Positions 11,850-24,583 of a DNA stretch of 64,000 nt are shown in pieces (positions within the stretch are counted from its first letter, which is position 1; the number at the start of each line of letters is the position of its first letter). Where the stretch lies: contig OZ287076.1 in the NCBI GenBank assembly GCA_965645245.1, forward strand, positions 1,984,001-2,048,000, written 5' to 3'. The position numbers and the translations under genes are program-made. Source of the stretch: Massalongia carnosa (taxonomy: Eukaryota). The notes beneath the pieces are model-generated. The model was not told the DNA's origin, searched no databases, and saw only the letters and a list, made by a program, of their open reading frames with translations.

Positions 11850-12078
11850 TCAAATTTAGGTAATTATTACCAAAGATAACGGTGCTGTAACGTTGGGTAA
11901 TATGGGATGTTAAACTTAAAGTTGGGTAACCATTACCAACATTATTACCCAAGGCGACGGTGCTGTAACGTTGGGTAATATTAGACATTAAAATTAAAGT
12001 TGGGTAATCATTACCTATATCATTACCCAAGGTGGCCCGTGCTGTAATATTGGGTAATATGAGACGGATCTGGTAGTG
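11850..12078 (-). repeat. About 78-bp tandem repeats ending in TAGTG; candidate CACTA terminus with subterminal repeats
   Basis: GTGCTGTAA at 11882, 11960 and 12039. TTGGGTAA/TTACCCAA in both orientations. The minus strand begins CACTACC at 12078. Confidence 0.55.
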
Positions 12079-12377
12079 TAGCTCTAATATTCGATTCTTA
12101 ATGTTTTATCAATAGCGACGTCTAGAATTTGAATAAACCCAATACAGCCGGAAGAAATAAATGATGCTGTAATTTTTAAATCTTTAAAGGCTTAATTAAC
12201 CTAAATTTTTTAGCAAATATTGTGGAAGGATAAACTGGGTGGTGTGCGTGGTCCACTACTGCTAGGAGTGCAAGAGACCAAACAAATAAGAGACTAACAG
12301 AAAAATAGAACAAGAACAATAGCTACACTGATTACTATATACCTCGTGCCTCGTGCCTCGTACCTGTGAACTATATC

Positions 12378-12864
12378 TGTCATGAAATGCCTCCGACCTC
12401 ACCACGTGCCTCTATCACGTGCCTTGATCTGATGACTACTCACGGACGTCGTGCCATGCCTTCGGGACCCTCATATCATTCTTCGAATTCGCCGATTACT
12501 GATCATTAATCAGCCTCGCATTGATGATTTATTCCCGTCTTTCGAATATTATCATGTCTAATAGCTTCGCATTGATGTTTGACATCTCCCGTCTCCTCGC
12601 TGACCCCATCGTGCTTATTGCCGCTATAATGCCCCTCATTCATCATCGCACTGACTAGACATCATTCGCCGCCACCCTAGAAGGATGAATATGGGAGGAC
12701 AAAGATATAAGAAAGAAGTCGAATCATGGAAGTTCTAATTCTTTGTCGAACGTCTTGAATAGCCAACCTAGCCTAGCCTAGATTCATAGCTATAGACTCA
12801 ATCAATAAGCTTGACTATCAACCCACCTTGCCTTTGCCCTTGCCCTCGACCTGATTTCGTGACA
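12378..12864. mobile_element. LTR family D (inverted relative to 3100-3586)
   Basis: TGTCATGAAAT...ATTTCGTGACA, near-identical reverse complement of 3100-3586. Confidence 0.85.
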
Positions 12865-13086
12865 GCCGTCATTGAAGCTAAAGGCGGTCCTACCAAATAT
12901 TTAAATTAGACTCGATCGCAAAAATCTACTCATTTAATTTATCGGGGGACTGGATTGGATAGTCAAGCTTTCTAATTGACTGAGTCTATAGCTACAGGTA
13001 GGCTAGATTTGTTATGATCTACCTAGAGACAAGTCATAGGGACACTGGATACGAATACCATAAAGATCCAGAAGAGAAAAGACAAT

Positions 13087-13740
13087 TGTAATAGGGTAGG
13101 CCTAGTATGCGTTCGTTGAACGTAAGACTGGCCTATGTGGCTATGTGGGATACGTACAGCCAAAACAACCACCAAGACAATAAGGTCCCGCCTAACCCAG
13201 TTAGGCATAGTATGGGGACTTAACTTATTATGGAGGTGTTTTCGTAGTACACGAAGTATCTACGCCGCGGAATGGGTTGGGTTTTGCCACAGTTGGGTAA
13301 CCCAAGTTACTAATATTAGTATACTTTTAAGGGTTTAATTCTATGTATAGTATACTAGTATACTAAATATAGTTGTTTGGGTTGGGTTTTCAAGGTCAGA
13401 ACCCAACCCATTCCGCAGCGTAGAAGTATCCCCTCGCCTCGCCTCACCTCCCCTAGCTCACCTGCCTAGTCTTATCTACCCGTGTCTTTCGGTGTCCGAA
13501 GTATTTCGGAGTCCGAAAATACCAGGTAGTATGGGCAAGGTATGGAAGAAGAGCTTAGGTTATGGATTGTCCTATCCTATATAGAGCAATAATCAAGCAC
13601 TTCAAAAGGGTAGCATTTAGTCTACCCTTTGACCCGACCCAACCTATTTGTACTTCTTTTGTGACCATCACATTGTGTAGCCCCTGTGGATCCCATCTTC
13701 CAGTAGTGAATGCCTGCTGGGAGAAGGTCTCCCCGTTTCA
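13087..13740. mobile_element. Solo LTR family B
   Basis: TGTAATAGGG...CCCCGTTTCA termini, TSD ACAAT. The empty site is visible in LTR C at about 2392. Confidence 0.9.
13261..13422. mobile_element. 162-bp MITE, hAT-like (second copy)
   Basis: Nearly identical to 1024-1185, with 8-bp TSD GAAGTATC. Confidence 0.93.
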
Positions 13741-14161
13741 ACAATCGACAACCAGAACCTGCTCCTATATATCCTCTACAGCGCTATTACCCATGTGGTA
13801 CAGTCGTCACGGAATCTTCTAGTAGCTGCGGGAACGAAATCGAAAGTGCCTGCGTGTTCCATCTACGATTGCCCTAGGCGGTGCCGAGTGCCGAGGTCGT
13901 GCTGAGTAGAATCGTGACAAGATTAGCTATTCAAGACGTCGGACAAGGAGCCAGAACTTTCGAGACTCGACCCCTTCTTTTATATCTGTTCCTCACCTCC
14001 TTACCCCTTTGTTTCCTTGATCTTCGATGTCTCCTATTCATCTCCTTTTCCTAAGTTAATACGAAGACACCTAATGGGGACCGGGTAATTATTGTTTCGA
14101 AGATCGAAGGCGGAGCCGTACTCGATCTAACCGCATCGAGAAAGGTTGGAACAGCGCGCAC

Positions 14162-14296
14162 TGAACCTGTGGTAGGTCTAATGAACCTGCGGTAGGTCCA
14201 ATGAACCCGCGGTAGGTCCAATGAACCCGCGGTAGGTCCAATGAACCTGCGTTAGGTCCAATGAACCTGCGCTAGCTCCAATGAACCTGCGGTAGG
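14162..14296. repeat. 20-bp tandem repeat, about 6.5 units
   Basis: Unit ATGAACCYGCGGTAGGTCCA, upstream of an LTR-like end TTTCATGACA at 14371. Confidence 0.9.
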
Positions 14297-14459
14297 GTAG
14301 GTAGGGACAGGATAGAGGGGGCAACTACGGATAAGGCCGAGATCCTTTTAGTTCGAAGCCGTTTCATGACAGCTTTCCTATGTGCTCCCATTCACAAGAA
14401 TTTGCCGTTTCTACCACCTCGGTTGCTTTTACCTCAATACCTAATGATCGCTTTCGACG

Positions 14460-15085
14460 TTATCCGGCTAGTGCTAGCAATGCCTCGACTATTTGACGTT
14501 GAAATTCCAGATGGGTTAGTTTCGAATAAGGATTAATCAATTGCCATAGTTTGAAGGCATTTAAAACAGCCGATTCTAAAAGAAAAATAAACAGCGGCCA
14601 CCAATAGCGGCTGTTTGCTCGATGCGGCGAATAATAGGATCTTTGTTGGGTATTTCCGTCCGATCCCCATGTAAGTATTGTACTCGACAATTGGCATCGG
14701 AAATGAAAGTTTAGGCGTTTCATTTTCGTCGAATAGAACAGATGTTTTGGGTATTCCATAACGACGTTTTTCGTCTTTGTATATGATAGTCTTCATTTCA
14801 TCAACTGTAAGACAGGTAGTCATATATTGTACGGTATTGAGATCTACCCAGGCCATACAAAGAATGTCTCCATCATCAACACCAAATTTCTTACTAGACT
14901 CGGTTGTCATCAGTCCCATTTTCCCCCAATCCGTTTGTTTGGTAGCGGCCATAAGCATTCTTAGTAGTTGATCAGGAAAACCGCTTCCCGCTTTGGCCGT
15001 CCTACACGCTCCAATGTTCATCGTCTTCAGAGCTTTGAATAAAGAGGGCACAGCATAGGCCGTTTCATACTGAGTTACTTCTTTC
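14460..15085 (-). pseudogene. piggyBac-like transposase C-terminal remnant
   Basis: LFKALKTMNIGAC, AWVDLNTVQYMTT, IVEYNTYM-GSD, RYWWPLFIFLLESAVLNAFKLW, THLEFQRQI, with a frameshift. Confidence 0.85.
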
Positions 15086-17832
15086 ACAGTATCTTTTGAC
15101 GCGGTCCTCCAACGTCCGCGAGCTGGAACGACCACGCTTCCTCGGCGGGCTCGCGAAGATCAGTCAGGGTAATGGAATTTTCTCCCTTAAGACTGGAATC
15201 TCTTCTCGCTGTGAGTTCGGAAGGACTCCGTGTAGTGCCCGCAGAAGGCACAGAAGATCCTTCCTTCGGAACTAACGAGGCAAATGCGCTTCGGGATATA
15301 TCCCACGGTGTTTGAGCACCGTTCCTAAGCAGTTCCTCCGATACGATGCCGGGCTTAGGATGGGGCCTGCTTGTTGCGGTCAGCAAGGCTCCTCCCCCTG
15401 TATGAAGGGATGGAATAATTATTGTTTGACTGCTTCCTGACAGCGTGGCCAGAAGCGTCTCTGCCTCACCGAGAGGGGCGTAGTCGCTTCGTCGGGAGGG
15501 CGCATCCACAGGATTGAGTTTCCCCGGGCGGTATATTATTTGAAGATTTAGGCCGGAGAGTCTCTCCCACCACCTAGCCTCTCTTCTATTGAGATTTTTG
15601 CTAGTAAGAAAATTTCTCAAGTTTGCATGGTCGGTAATGACTTCAATAGGATGAGCCGCGCCTTCTCGTAGTGTCTCCACTGCCGGTACGCTCCTACGAT
15701 GGCCAGCATTTCGGCTGCGCCGATGCCATAATTTCTCTCAGGATCAGTCGTTTTCCTAGACCAGTATGCAATAGGATACCATTGTCCTGTCTCTGGATTT
15801 AATTGAGTAATGATCGCAGAGACAGCAAATCCCGATGCGTCCGTTTCAATCCTTATCTTCAGACTGGGATCGAAATGACGAAGCATGGGTGCCGTCATAA
15901 ACGCGACCTTTAGACGGTGAAAGGCCTTTCGACCCTCTTCTGTTAGGATAAATTCGGTTGTAAATTTTCCTTTCGTACTTCCTTTCAACAGATCGGAGAG
16001 TGCGGATACTATGCGGGCAAACGCCTCAATGAATCTGCGATAGAAATTGGCAAAGCCTAAAAAGACCTGCACGTCTCTATGTGTTCCCGGTTCAGGCCAG
16101 CTCCGAATAGTCTCGACGCAGCTGGGGTCCATAGAATTCCATCCGCGCCTACTAAGAACCCAAGGAACAGGGTTTCTAACACATGGAACTCGCACTTCGA
16201 TAGCTTCGCGAAGAGTTTGAACTTCCGCAGCCTCCCGAGTACTTTTCGTACGTGTTCCACATGTTCATCGAACGTCTCCGAGAAGATAAGAATATCATCT
16301 AGGAATGTAATTGCGAACAGATCAAGAAACTCGCGCAGCGTGTTATTAATATATGCTTGAAATGTCGCTGGGGCATTTGCTAGTCCGAATGGCATGACCT
16401 TATATTCGAAGTGTCCATAACGGGTTCTAAACGCCGTCTTCCATTCGTCAGCTGCCCGGATGCGTATCAGATTGTATGCGGCACGCAGGTCTATCTTTGT
16501 AAAGAACTTTGCTCCCACCAGTCGATCTAATACTTCTGCGATTAAAGGCAGAGGATGTCGATTCTTAATGGTGATGGAGTTTAGTCCTCGATAGTCTACG
16601 CATAAACACAACTCTCCATCGCTCTTCTTTACAAAGAGTATGGGTGCTCCCGCTGGAGACACGGATGGGGTGATGAGTCCTTTCGCGAGGTGCTCGTCTA
16701 TGTACTTTCTCAAGACCTCTAATTCTACAATGGAAAGAGGATAGATAGGCCCGTACGGGGGTTGACTACCTTCCGTTTCTATTGCATGATCATGAGATGC
16801 ATGAGCGGGAAGCTTGTTTGCTTTCTCTTCAGAAAAGACATCGAGGAAGTCTTGATACTCCTCAGGAAGAATGACTTCAACGGTCGCACCGAGTACGGGA
16901 CTATCACGGGTCACATCCGTTACTTCGATGGCAAAGAGATAAGCACCAACTTCTGTGATACATTCATCAAACTCCTCTACACTAAGTAATGCTATGTTTA
17001 TAGATACGGGTTCGTCACGCGCATTATACGGTTCTTTCCTGGTAGAAGAACTCATCAAGATATCTTCCGAAGTAAGACTTCTCTTGGTCTCATGTACATT
17101 ATTCGGGTTCACGAAAGAAGACTCCGATGACAACTGTACATTCTTTGCAACGATCGATGTCGCTGACTTCTTCCCTGGACTCACAAAGCGTCCGACTGAA
17201 CTTCTACGGCTCCTAAGCGGAGCAGGTATGGGCAGTTGCTTTCTTCTTTTTGCCAAGGCTCTTTGCCTCACGAGCTTGTACCGCCCTTTCGGTAGCGTGG
17301 GTCCATTCATTAAATGACTTCCAGGTACCGGTGGCAACTCCGTGGGTTTATGAACCTGTATTTTTTGCAACGGTGGAAGTGGGATCGGTGGCGACGCAGG
17401 CCCTAGCCGATACCACCACTTCCGCTGACCCCATGCTATCTCGGGATCTTCCCGTATTAGCCATGGCAGGCCCAGAATAACATCGAATCCAGCGAAGTCT
17501 GCTGCGATGAAGTCCGCCCTGGTAACACGCTCATTTTCTATCGAGTCCACAACTTTGGCGTACAAAGTATGAATTTGATAGGTCCTGAGCGCAGTACCGT
17601 CAATGGTCCGAACCCCATGCGGGAGATCAATGCCAGGCTCACAACCCAACCTCTTAATTAGGATCTGGGTGATAAAGTTCAAAGTTGCACCACAATCTAT
17701 GAGACCTCTTACCGTCAACTTGAACTTACCGCATATCATAGTAACCGGCGTCACTATGTCACTGACATTTTGCCCCCTAGCAGAACGGGTCAATAGAAGG
17801 GTTGCGATGTCTACTGGCCCCTGCCGTTTCCC
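15086..17832 (-). pseudogene. pol: gypsy-1 pol (PR-RT-RH), frameshifted
   Basis: [43 protein letters not shown], in three frames. Confidence 0.92.
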
Positions 17833-19175
17833 TCCATCTTTGGATTATTGGGTTTGAGACAAGTCTTTGCCATGTGGCCGTAATCGCCGCAGTTATAGCA
17901 CTTGATGGTACTGTCGTTGTTACCATTGTTGCCACGGCGTTCCCGCTGACGGCCCGGATCTGTCCTGTCACGATTGAAGGACCTCATATGCTCCTTACCG
18001 TTTGATCCGTGTCGATTATACTTTCCTCCCTCGTTATATGTGCGACGGGAGGATACGAACCTCTTGCGACGCTGACCTTGATGAAAACCGTCCTTTTTCC
18101 TCTTGTCATGAATAGGGGTTTGATGAAAGCCAACTCGGTAATCATTCCCCGAGTCCGATTTCCAGACGTTCCATCCAGATGTGGCGTCGCTGTCCCGTGT
18201 GGGTCGCGATGGTGCCTCTCTTCGGACATTCGCCTTGGTACGGTTATAGTTGTTGTCAATGGCCTCGAGCTTCTGAGCTAAGGGTTCAAGGAGTTCCCGG
18301 GTGGTTACCAAAGAATTGTGCTTGATTATTTCTTCCCGGAGGGTAGGCTTCAGAGCTCCTAGGAGTGTGTTCATTCTCATGGATGACTCTTGTGGGGGTA
18401 GGATGTCTTCTATGCTCCTGATGTACGCGATTAGCTGGGCAACGATTTGTCCTTCCCGTTGTCGCACTGAGCGGTACTTCAAGAATCCGTCATGAATTCG
18501 GAGGTGTGGCGGCCATACATCGTCTCTCAACCAGGTAACGTATGTTTCCCAGGTAATATTATCGAGACCTACCGCTTCCTCGTGGGTCTACCACTTGATA
18601 ATGACGTCTCCTCGCTTGAAGGCTTTGGCGAAAAGGATCTGTCCCTTGGCCGTATCATATGTGGCAGGCTTTTGCTGAAAAGCCTGGAGACACTGGGCTA
18701 TAAAGATGTCACATTTAGCATACGTGTCAGCTGTGTACAGATCTACCTTGATGACGTTTAGCCGAGCCTCAACCTTTCGATTGTTCTCTAGCTTCTTCTC
18801 GAGTATCTCTTCGCTGGACGGCAACCCGCTGCTGCGGCCCCGGTGAGACAACGTTATTGGAGCGGTATTAACGAGAGGAAAACCGTCCTGCTCTTCTTGC
18901 TCCATGATGGCAAGCTGTCGGCTGAGGTGAGCCTCAGCTTTCTTTGCCATGATGGTATCTATACGAGCTTGCATCTGCTCCTTGGTTAACGTTACTTCAG
19001 GAGAAGGAATGCTTAGGCTTGGGTTTGTTGGACCCGACGCCGTGCCGGTGTCTGGCCCGGTGTCCATCTGACTGTCTACCACGATTCCAATGCCAGGATG
19101 TTGAGCCTCTGGCTCCAGTTCATACTCCGCTGGTGGGTCGCCTACGGAGCGACTTCGGAGAGTGTAAGAGGGCAT
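17811..19175 (-). pseudogene. gag: gypsy-1 gag
   Basis: In-frame TAG at 18588, knuckle CYNCGDYGHMAKTC, slippery GGGAAAC near the end. Confidence 0.85.
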
Positions 19176-19667
19176 ATTAGACGATAAATGTCGTTGAGAC
19201 GACAGGATAGGGTAGAGTTCCGACTGGACCACTCGTCTTAATGGATCTTGCAATATGTGAGAGTGACTCTGGACAAGGAGTAGTGTAGTGGGTTAAGAGT
19301 AGAACAATTTAGTAGTTAAATTGTAAGATGATCTATCTAGGTGGGCCTAACACCACATTATAGTTTCTTCAGTACTCTGCCAACTATGCCAACTAAGGCG
19401 GACGTTCCTCCGTGGGCTAGACCTTCTGTCCCGTCCCATTAGTCATCGCTTGACCTGACTATAGTATGACCGTGTTCAGCACCGCTGAGTCATCAGGCTT
19501 AGTAATAATCAGCCTTATACGGCGGCGCTGTAACAGGCGTAGACAAGCATGATGGGAAAGGCACTTGAAGCATTCTTCTTTGATATGTTAAACCTTTCGA
19601 AAGTTGGGATTGTCTCTTGCTGTAGACGGGTCGGAGGATGATCAATTGTCAGTTAAATATATACCAG

Positions 19668-19826
19668 TACGCCGCGCAAACGGGTTGGGTTTTCGCCACA
19701 AAATTGCTTTTTCGCTACCGGGTTTTCTTTCAAAACTCAACCCGGACAACCAAAATCATAGGGTTCGCCACAAACAGGTTGGGTTTTCAGTACTCCGTAG
19801 AGAAACCCTACCCGTTGCGCGACGTA
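19668..19826. mobile_element. Diverged MITE related to 1024 and 13261
   Basis: TIR TACGCCGCGCAAACGGGTTGGGTTT / AAACCCTACCCGTTGCGCGACGTA, with a degenerate 8-bp TSD tataccag/catataag. Confidence 0.75.
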
Positions 19827-19866
19827 CATATAAGGCATAACGGTAGGCGATTGAAAGCTTTCTCCC

Positions 19867-20896
19867 TGTAATACGGATGGCGCTAGAGGGATACGTGATC
19901 GCCTATGGCGGTTGCGGGATTAACTAGCGTGGACCATGCCGTAGTACGAAGTCGCATAAGCCGTCGAGGCTGACACACTGCCATCTTGCCCCGAAACTTC
20001 GGAGTTATTGTTATCACGTTCTTGACTACTTACAGATCAAACACCTGTCGAGGCCGTGGTGGTAGATTGCCATGGAGTGTAAGGCGGACTCCTGTGGAGA
20101 CGCCAAGGAACTCTATATGGGATCTACTGGCCTACTCGGAGCTACTGGATCTCTTGATGGTTCAAGAGAGGTAGCAGGAGGCACGGCTCGCTGGACGCAG
20201 CTTGAGCTAGGCTCCCCGGTGTAAACTTCAGCTTCAACCTTTATTACTACGTTGGTAGTGATGTCGGCTGAATGAACCTACATGACCTCGTTGTCTAGAC
20301 CTTGTGTCTAGAGGCAGGTCCGCAGTGTAGCGAGGTATTCAGTCGGAGGTAACCTTCCATCACTAGGTAGTGGTGACGGCGAAATGAAGCTACATAGCCT
20401 GAGGCATGTAGTGAGGGATCTAGCCGGGGGTAGAATTGTTCTACCTTGCAAGGGAAGGTCTAGAAGGCTGCTCGAGGCTGACTAGATGATCCAGCGAACG
20501 CCGAGTTCGTGGATGGATCCTGAGGGATGGTTGGATGTAATGCGATAAAGTCGGATGTGGATTGCAAGGCTGTAATGCTCGCAAGACTCCCAAGGCTTGC
20601 AAGGCTCCTAAGGCTCCAAGGCTCCCAAGGCTATAGGCTTGGGGTGAGTAGGATAAATATCAGAACGAATCTTGTAGTATTCGTTAGCAATTAGTCTTTA
20701 TTCTATGAACAACCTACGTTTGGGTCTCGGACGAGATCTCTTGGTCTAAGCACTTCCACATCCATTAGTTCTTTGGATCACGTATACTCTCGGAGACTAG
20801 CACGTAGTAGCTATCTTCCTCCTCTCACGCTGAGCATTTCCCCTTTCGAGATCAGTGTCGCTCGTGATAAGCTTACTGGTCTCGTAGCCCATTACA
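19867..20896. mobile_element. Solo LTR family A
   Basis: TGTAAT...ATTACA termini, TSD CTCCC. Confidence 0.92.
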
Positions 20897-21155
20897 CTCC
20901 CGGTCAGGAGGATATACAAGAGATAGAGGAGCCTGATACAACTAATAATAACGAGGAGGTACAGAAGAATGACAAAACTGAAGGCGTCATTGAGATTAGG
21001 GACTATGTTTTGAGTGATGAATCTGGGACCGTTTTGGATAAGCAATACTGAGATGAATGTTGATAACGAATGATTTGCAGAGGACTTTTACTGATGCTTA
21101 GAGAATTTTTACTACTGTATTGCACAAAATTGCCCTGTTGATATTTGTCATCCGA

Positions 21156-21378
21156 TGTGGGTTTACCCCAACTCGTGGCACCAGACGTATGACTACGTCA
21201 GTGCTTGAGTTGGATGGTAAAGTTATTCTGTTAGCTAGTAGCGAGCGTGGGCTATATAGGCGTGTGCCCCTTTTCGGGGTCACGTGGCTGGCTAGGCGTC
21301 CCGTGCCTAACGGTGACGAAGGCCTTAATAGCCTCTAGTCGTGCCCACAGCTCGTTCTATCTACTAGTGCTACTAACA
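21156..21378. mobile_element. Solo LTR family J
   Basis: TG...CA termini, TSD TCCGA. Confidence 0.8.
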
Positions 21379-21506
21379 TCCGAAAATCTCGAAATTATTT
21401 GTCTTATAGTGCAGGACCCTTCCTATGTTCGGAAATAAGCAATTTGAACTGGGTCTTATATCCGGGAAGGTCTTATCCAAAAGCAGAGTCTTATTTGCCA
21501 GATAAT

Positions 21507-22359
21507 TGTAACGTCAGTGCAACGTCTCTATGGTCAGTAGAGGTGCATGGGCAATCAAGTATAAACTGGGTTAGTGTCACGGAATCGCTTCGCACCCTCC
21601 CGCTTGTCCTGATCGGGTTAGTATTTAACAGGGCCCTCTGCTGTGAAACCTCACCTATCGTGCTCAGGCGTTCTTCTGCCGCCCTCAGCGCACTATCAAT
21701 CTCCTACAATCCGTATCCAATCTCAACGTCTCCACTATCCAGGCTTATGACTGAGAGTGCTTCAGCACAGATAAAGGCGGGATAGGTCAAAGCAATCATG
21801 TTAAGGAAATTAGTATAGGAACAGAGATGGGGCAAGTCGAGAATAGGAGAGTTGAAAGCCATGGCTATAAAGTCTATGTGGTTTCCCAGGTGTTTAGAGC
21901 TCTTCATCGGACGTCTTGTGTATTATTCTCAACTTCTAGTTTTAGCATATCTAGATATCCGTTCTGCAAGATAGAGTCTTGTATCTCTCCAGCCCTCCCC
22001 TGACAGTTAGAGTTATCTGGAATATCCCCTTCTGGATTACTAGTGAGTTAACCGCGAGTAATCTAGCTAAGGGGAAGATAGGCTTCCTTATATACATGAT
22101 GGGTGCTGGGGGTCTCAGTACTGGTCACCGCTAAGCATGACTCCTAGTGACCAAGTGGTCACTGGTGTCCAAGCCATGGTCACTGGTGACCAAGTGGTCA
22201 CCCTAGTGGTCTTGGCGGTCACTTGGTGTCTTGATTTAGACTAGCGTGCCCCTAGTCACATGACGTCCTCCATCTTGTCTATAGCCGTATCCCTAGCTCT
22301 AGCCTATCCTCTAGGTCTACTGGGTTGCCACCGCCAGTTCAGGGTGCGTCTACGTAACA
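21507..22359. mobile_element. Solo LTR family G (contains H)
   Basis: TGTAACG...CGTAACA termini, TSD ATAAT. Confidence 0.85.
21575..22005. mobile_element. Solo LTR family H
   Basis: TGTCA...TGACA termini, TSD GTTAG. Confidence 0.87.
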
Positions 22360-22639
22360 ATAATACGGTACTTGATTGGCTAGCTAAGTGGACAAGTCGT
22401 TCGACAAGGAGGAAAGAAACAGAAAATCAAACGTGGGCGAGTAAAAGACTGACGAAAGGAACTAGTCCCAATCCGGATGTTGATCCAATTTCCACCCCTA
22501 TCATGACACTTACGGTTGCCCTAACTGAATCGGATTAGGCTTAGTCCCTTACGGGTCGACTAGCTGGTAAGTGCTTCACCCAAGCAGGTATGATTGCCCT
22601 AGATGGTTCGGTGAGTGACTGGCAAGTCCAGGTGCCCAG

Positions 22640-24583
22640 TCACTCCATGACACATAAATAACGTTTCATATTGAGACGTTGACGTAGGAAGCTCTTCGAG
22701 CTAGCGGTCTGAATCGATAATCCTGAACGAGTCGTGAGATTCGAGTGCTGTCTGATAATGACGGACTCGACACCGTTGGCCATTCGCCGCTTCTGTTGAT
22801 TAAGCAGATATTCAATGTCATCGGACGAGCGAGACATGCCTGTTCGATCGACAGTCGCTCCGTCATCCAGAAGAATCTCCGCCAGATTCGTCCGTCTTCT
22901 CCGGATCGCTAGTTGCAAGGCCGTTTCTCCTGCCATGTCGGTTGCCTCCTTCGACGCAAGCGTGCTCAGTAAAATCTTCGCGGCATTCGGCTTGTTGTAT
23001 TCGACACAGTAGTGAAGAGGAGTTCGACCATTCTTGTCCGCCACGTTCGGATCCGCGTGATGCTTCAGCAGAAGCGGAATCAGGTCTTCTCCTCCACTAT
23101 TGCGCAGGGCGATGTGCAAAACAGTTCGCCCTTTTTGATCTTTCGCGTGAACATTGGCCTTGTTCATTAGCAGCTTCACACACCTTTCATTGTCCTTGTT
23201 ATTCACGGCCATCAGCAACGAAGTGAGGCCGCTCTGTTCGTCGATTTGCTCGATGTGACTTTCCAACGCGGGCAAGAACGACGTCATTGCGACGTCGTCG
23301 TCTCGCACTTGAGCAATAAAGCTTTCGGACGTCACGGACGGAGAAGTCATGATTTCAGCGGATGTCGATAATGAGGTGGGAGGTTCTGTGCACGATGATT
23401 CCTTCATCGAAAATTGCGCTTGTAATGGCGAAGATATGCGTGTTGGGGACACATCCCCCTTGCACTCGAACATTTCAATCGGTATCTCCGCCGATCCGCT
23501 CGGAAACGATTGTGAAACGACGTCGAAATTAGGTTCCGTCATCAACTTCATCGGATCCATCATTGAAGCCTTGAAGCAGAAATCAGACGTGTCGATATAC
23601 TGATCATCGAGGCTATCCCAACGACGTTGCGTGACGTGTGGCACCGTCCGCTCCGTGTGAAGTTCTTCTGCGGTGGCATCGACGATCAGCCCAATTCCGC
23701 GAGCCCGTCCAGATCTCGTCGATCGTCCTTCACCACCTCGAACCTCGCCATCCATTGTCCTGCCACCTTCCGGGCGAACTCTTCCATGGGCCCCGCCGTA
23801 ACTGCTTTGGATCCGCGTCTTTGCACCGCAGCTGGTCCGCCCTGGCACGCTTCCACCCGTGGAGATAATTTCCACCCTCGAACGCGTCACTTCCAGAGTC
23901 TTCTCCATCCCCTGCACGTTTCGGTCGTCGTCTTCCCAAGCATGCCCGACTTTTTCTTGCTCCGTAACTGATGCCTCATCCCGATATTCCAGCCGAAGAA
24001 GCCGGGCCTCGACTGAACTAAAGCGCTGAGCCAATGTTGGAGGAACGTGAGTCGAGGTCCTCTCGTGCATGCATCTGAGACAAGTCAGCTTTTCTCAACG
24101 AAATAGGCGCGTCATAGCGTACTTCTTGAAGCACTTGTGATAAAGCGGCAACACGAAGATATGGAATTGTATATCGGCTTCCAATCGTGCTATAACGGGA
24201 CCTTGAGCATCCAGTTTCCATTGCAGCTTGACCGCGTTCAGCCAGTTTTTTTTCTCCGCGTCTCCACGCCTTAACTCGTTCAGCTTCTGCTCGAGTTTCG
24301 CTACTGTATCCTCGCAGCGGCTGACGGCAGCTTTCAGTTTCAACAGCATGCAATTCTCATCGTCGCTGACCAGATTGATATCCACATTGTTCGATCGCTT
24401 CCTCATTACTGCTCCGACCTCACTCAAAATGTCCTGAACCGTCATGACTTTGTTTCGTAGACTGCTTATCGTGTCGCCGACATCTTTCACTTCCTGCAGA
24501 AAACACGCCAATCGAAGGCATACCCGAGTCGCTACATCGACGATACCGATGATCGCACCCACCTCTCCAACGCCAACCATCAT
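22640..24583 (-). CDS. HeLo-like/SesA N-terminal domain plus ankyrin repeat protein (about 631 aa; exons 24583-24123 and 24074-22640)
   Basis: Hydrophobic N-helix MVGVGEVGAIIGIVDVATRVCLRL followed by a helical domain. A 48-bp GTACGC..GCTGAC..CAG intron joins the two ORFs in frame. About 4 ankyrin repeats (GRTVLHIA, GRTPLHYC, GETALQLA). Confidence 0.82.

Larger units (their letters stand above)
13010..13919. mobile_element. Solo LTR family C, containing LTR B and a MITE, inserted in a D-related LTR
   Basis: TG...CA termini and TSD AGATT. The flanks resemble 3140-3270. Confidence 0.88.
15086..19535 (-). mobile_element. Ty3/gypsy element 1, 3'-truncated (no integrase or 3' LTR)
   Basis: Probable 5' LTR 19256-19535 (TG...CA), followed by gag, protease, RT and RNase H. 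Confidence 0.9.
19536..22370 (+). mobile_element. pogo-like (DDE_1) element 3' remnant and TIR, broken by five insertions
   Basis: FRKLGLSLAVDGSEDDQLSVK and an acidic tail to 21051. Repeated GTCTTAT. Reconstructed end ...GATAATACGG|TA at 22368-22370. Confidence 0.6.

Noticed and set aside
14162..14296. CRISPR-like appearance of the short repeat arrays (also 28037-28389 and 11850-12060)
   Set aside because: The units are contiguous with no unique spacers, the context is eukaryotic, and no cas genes are present.
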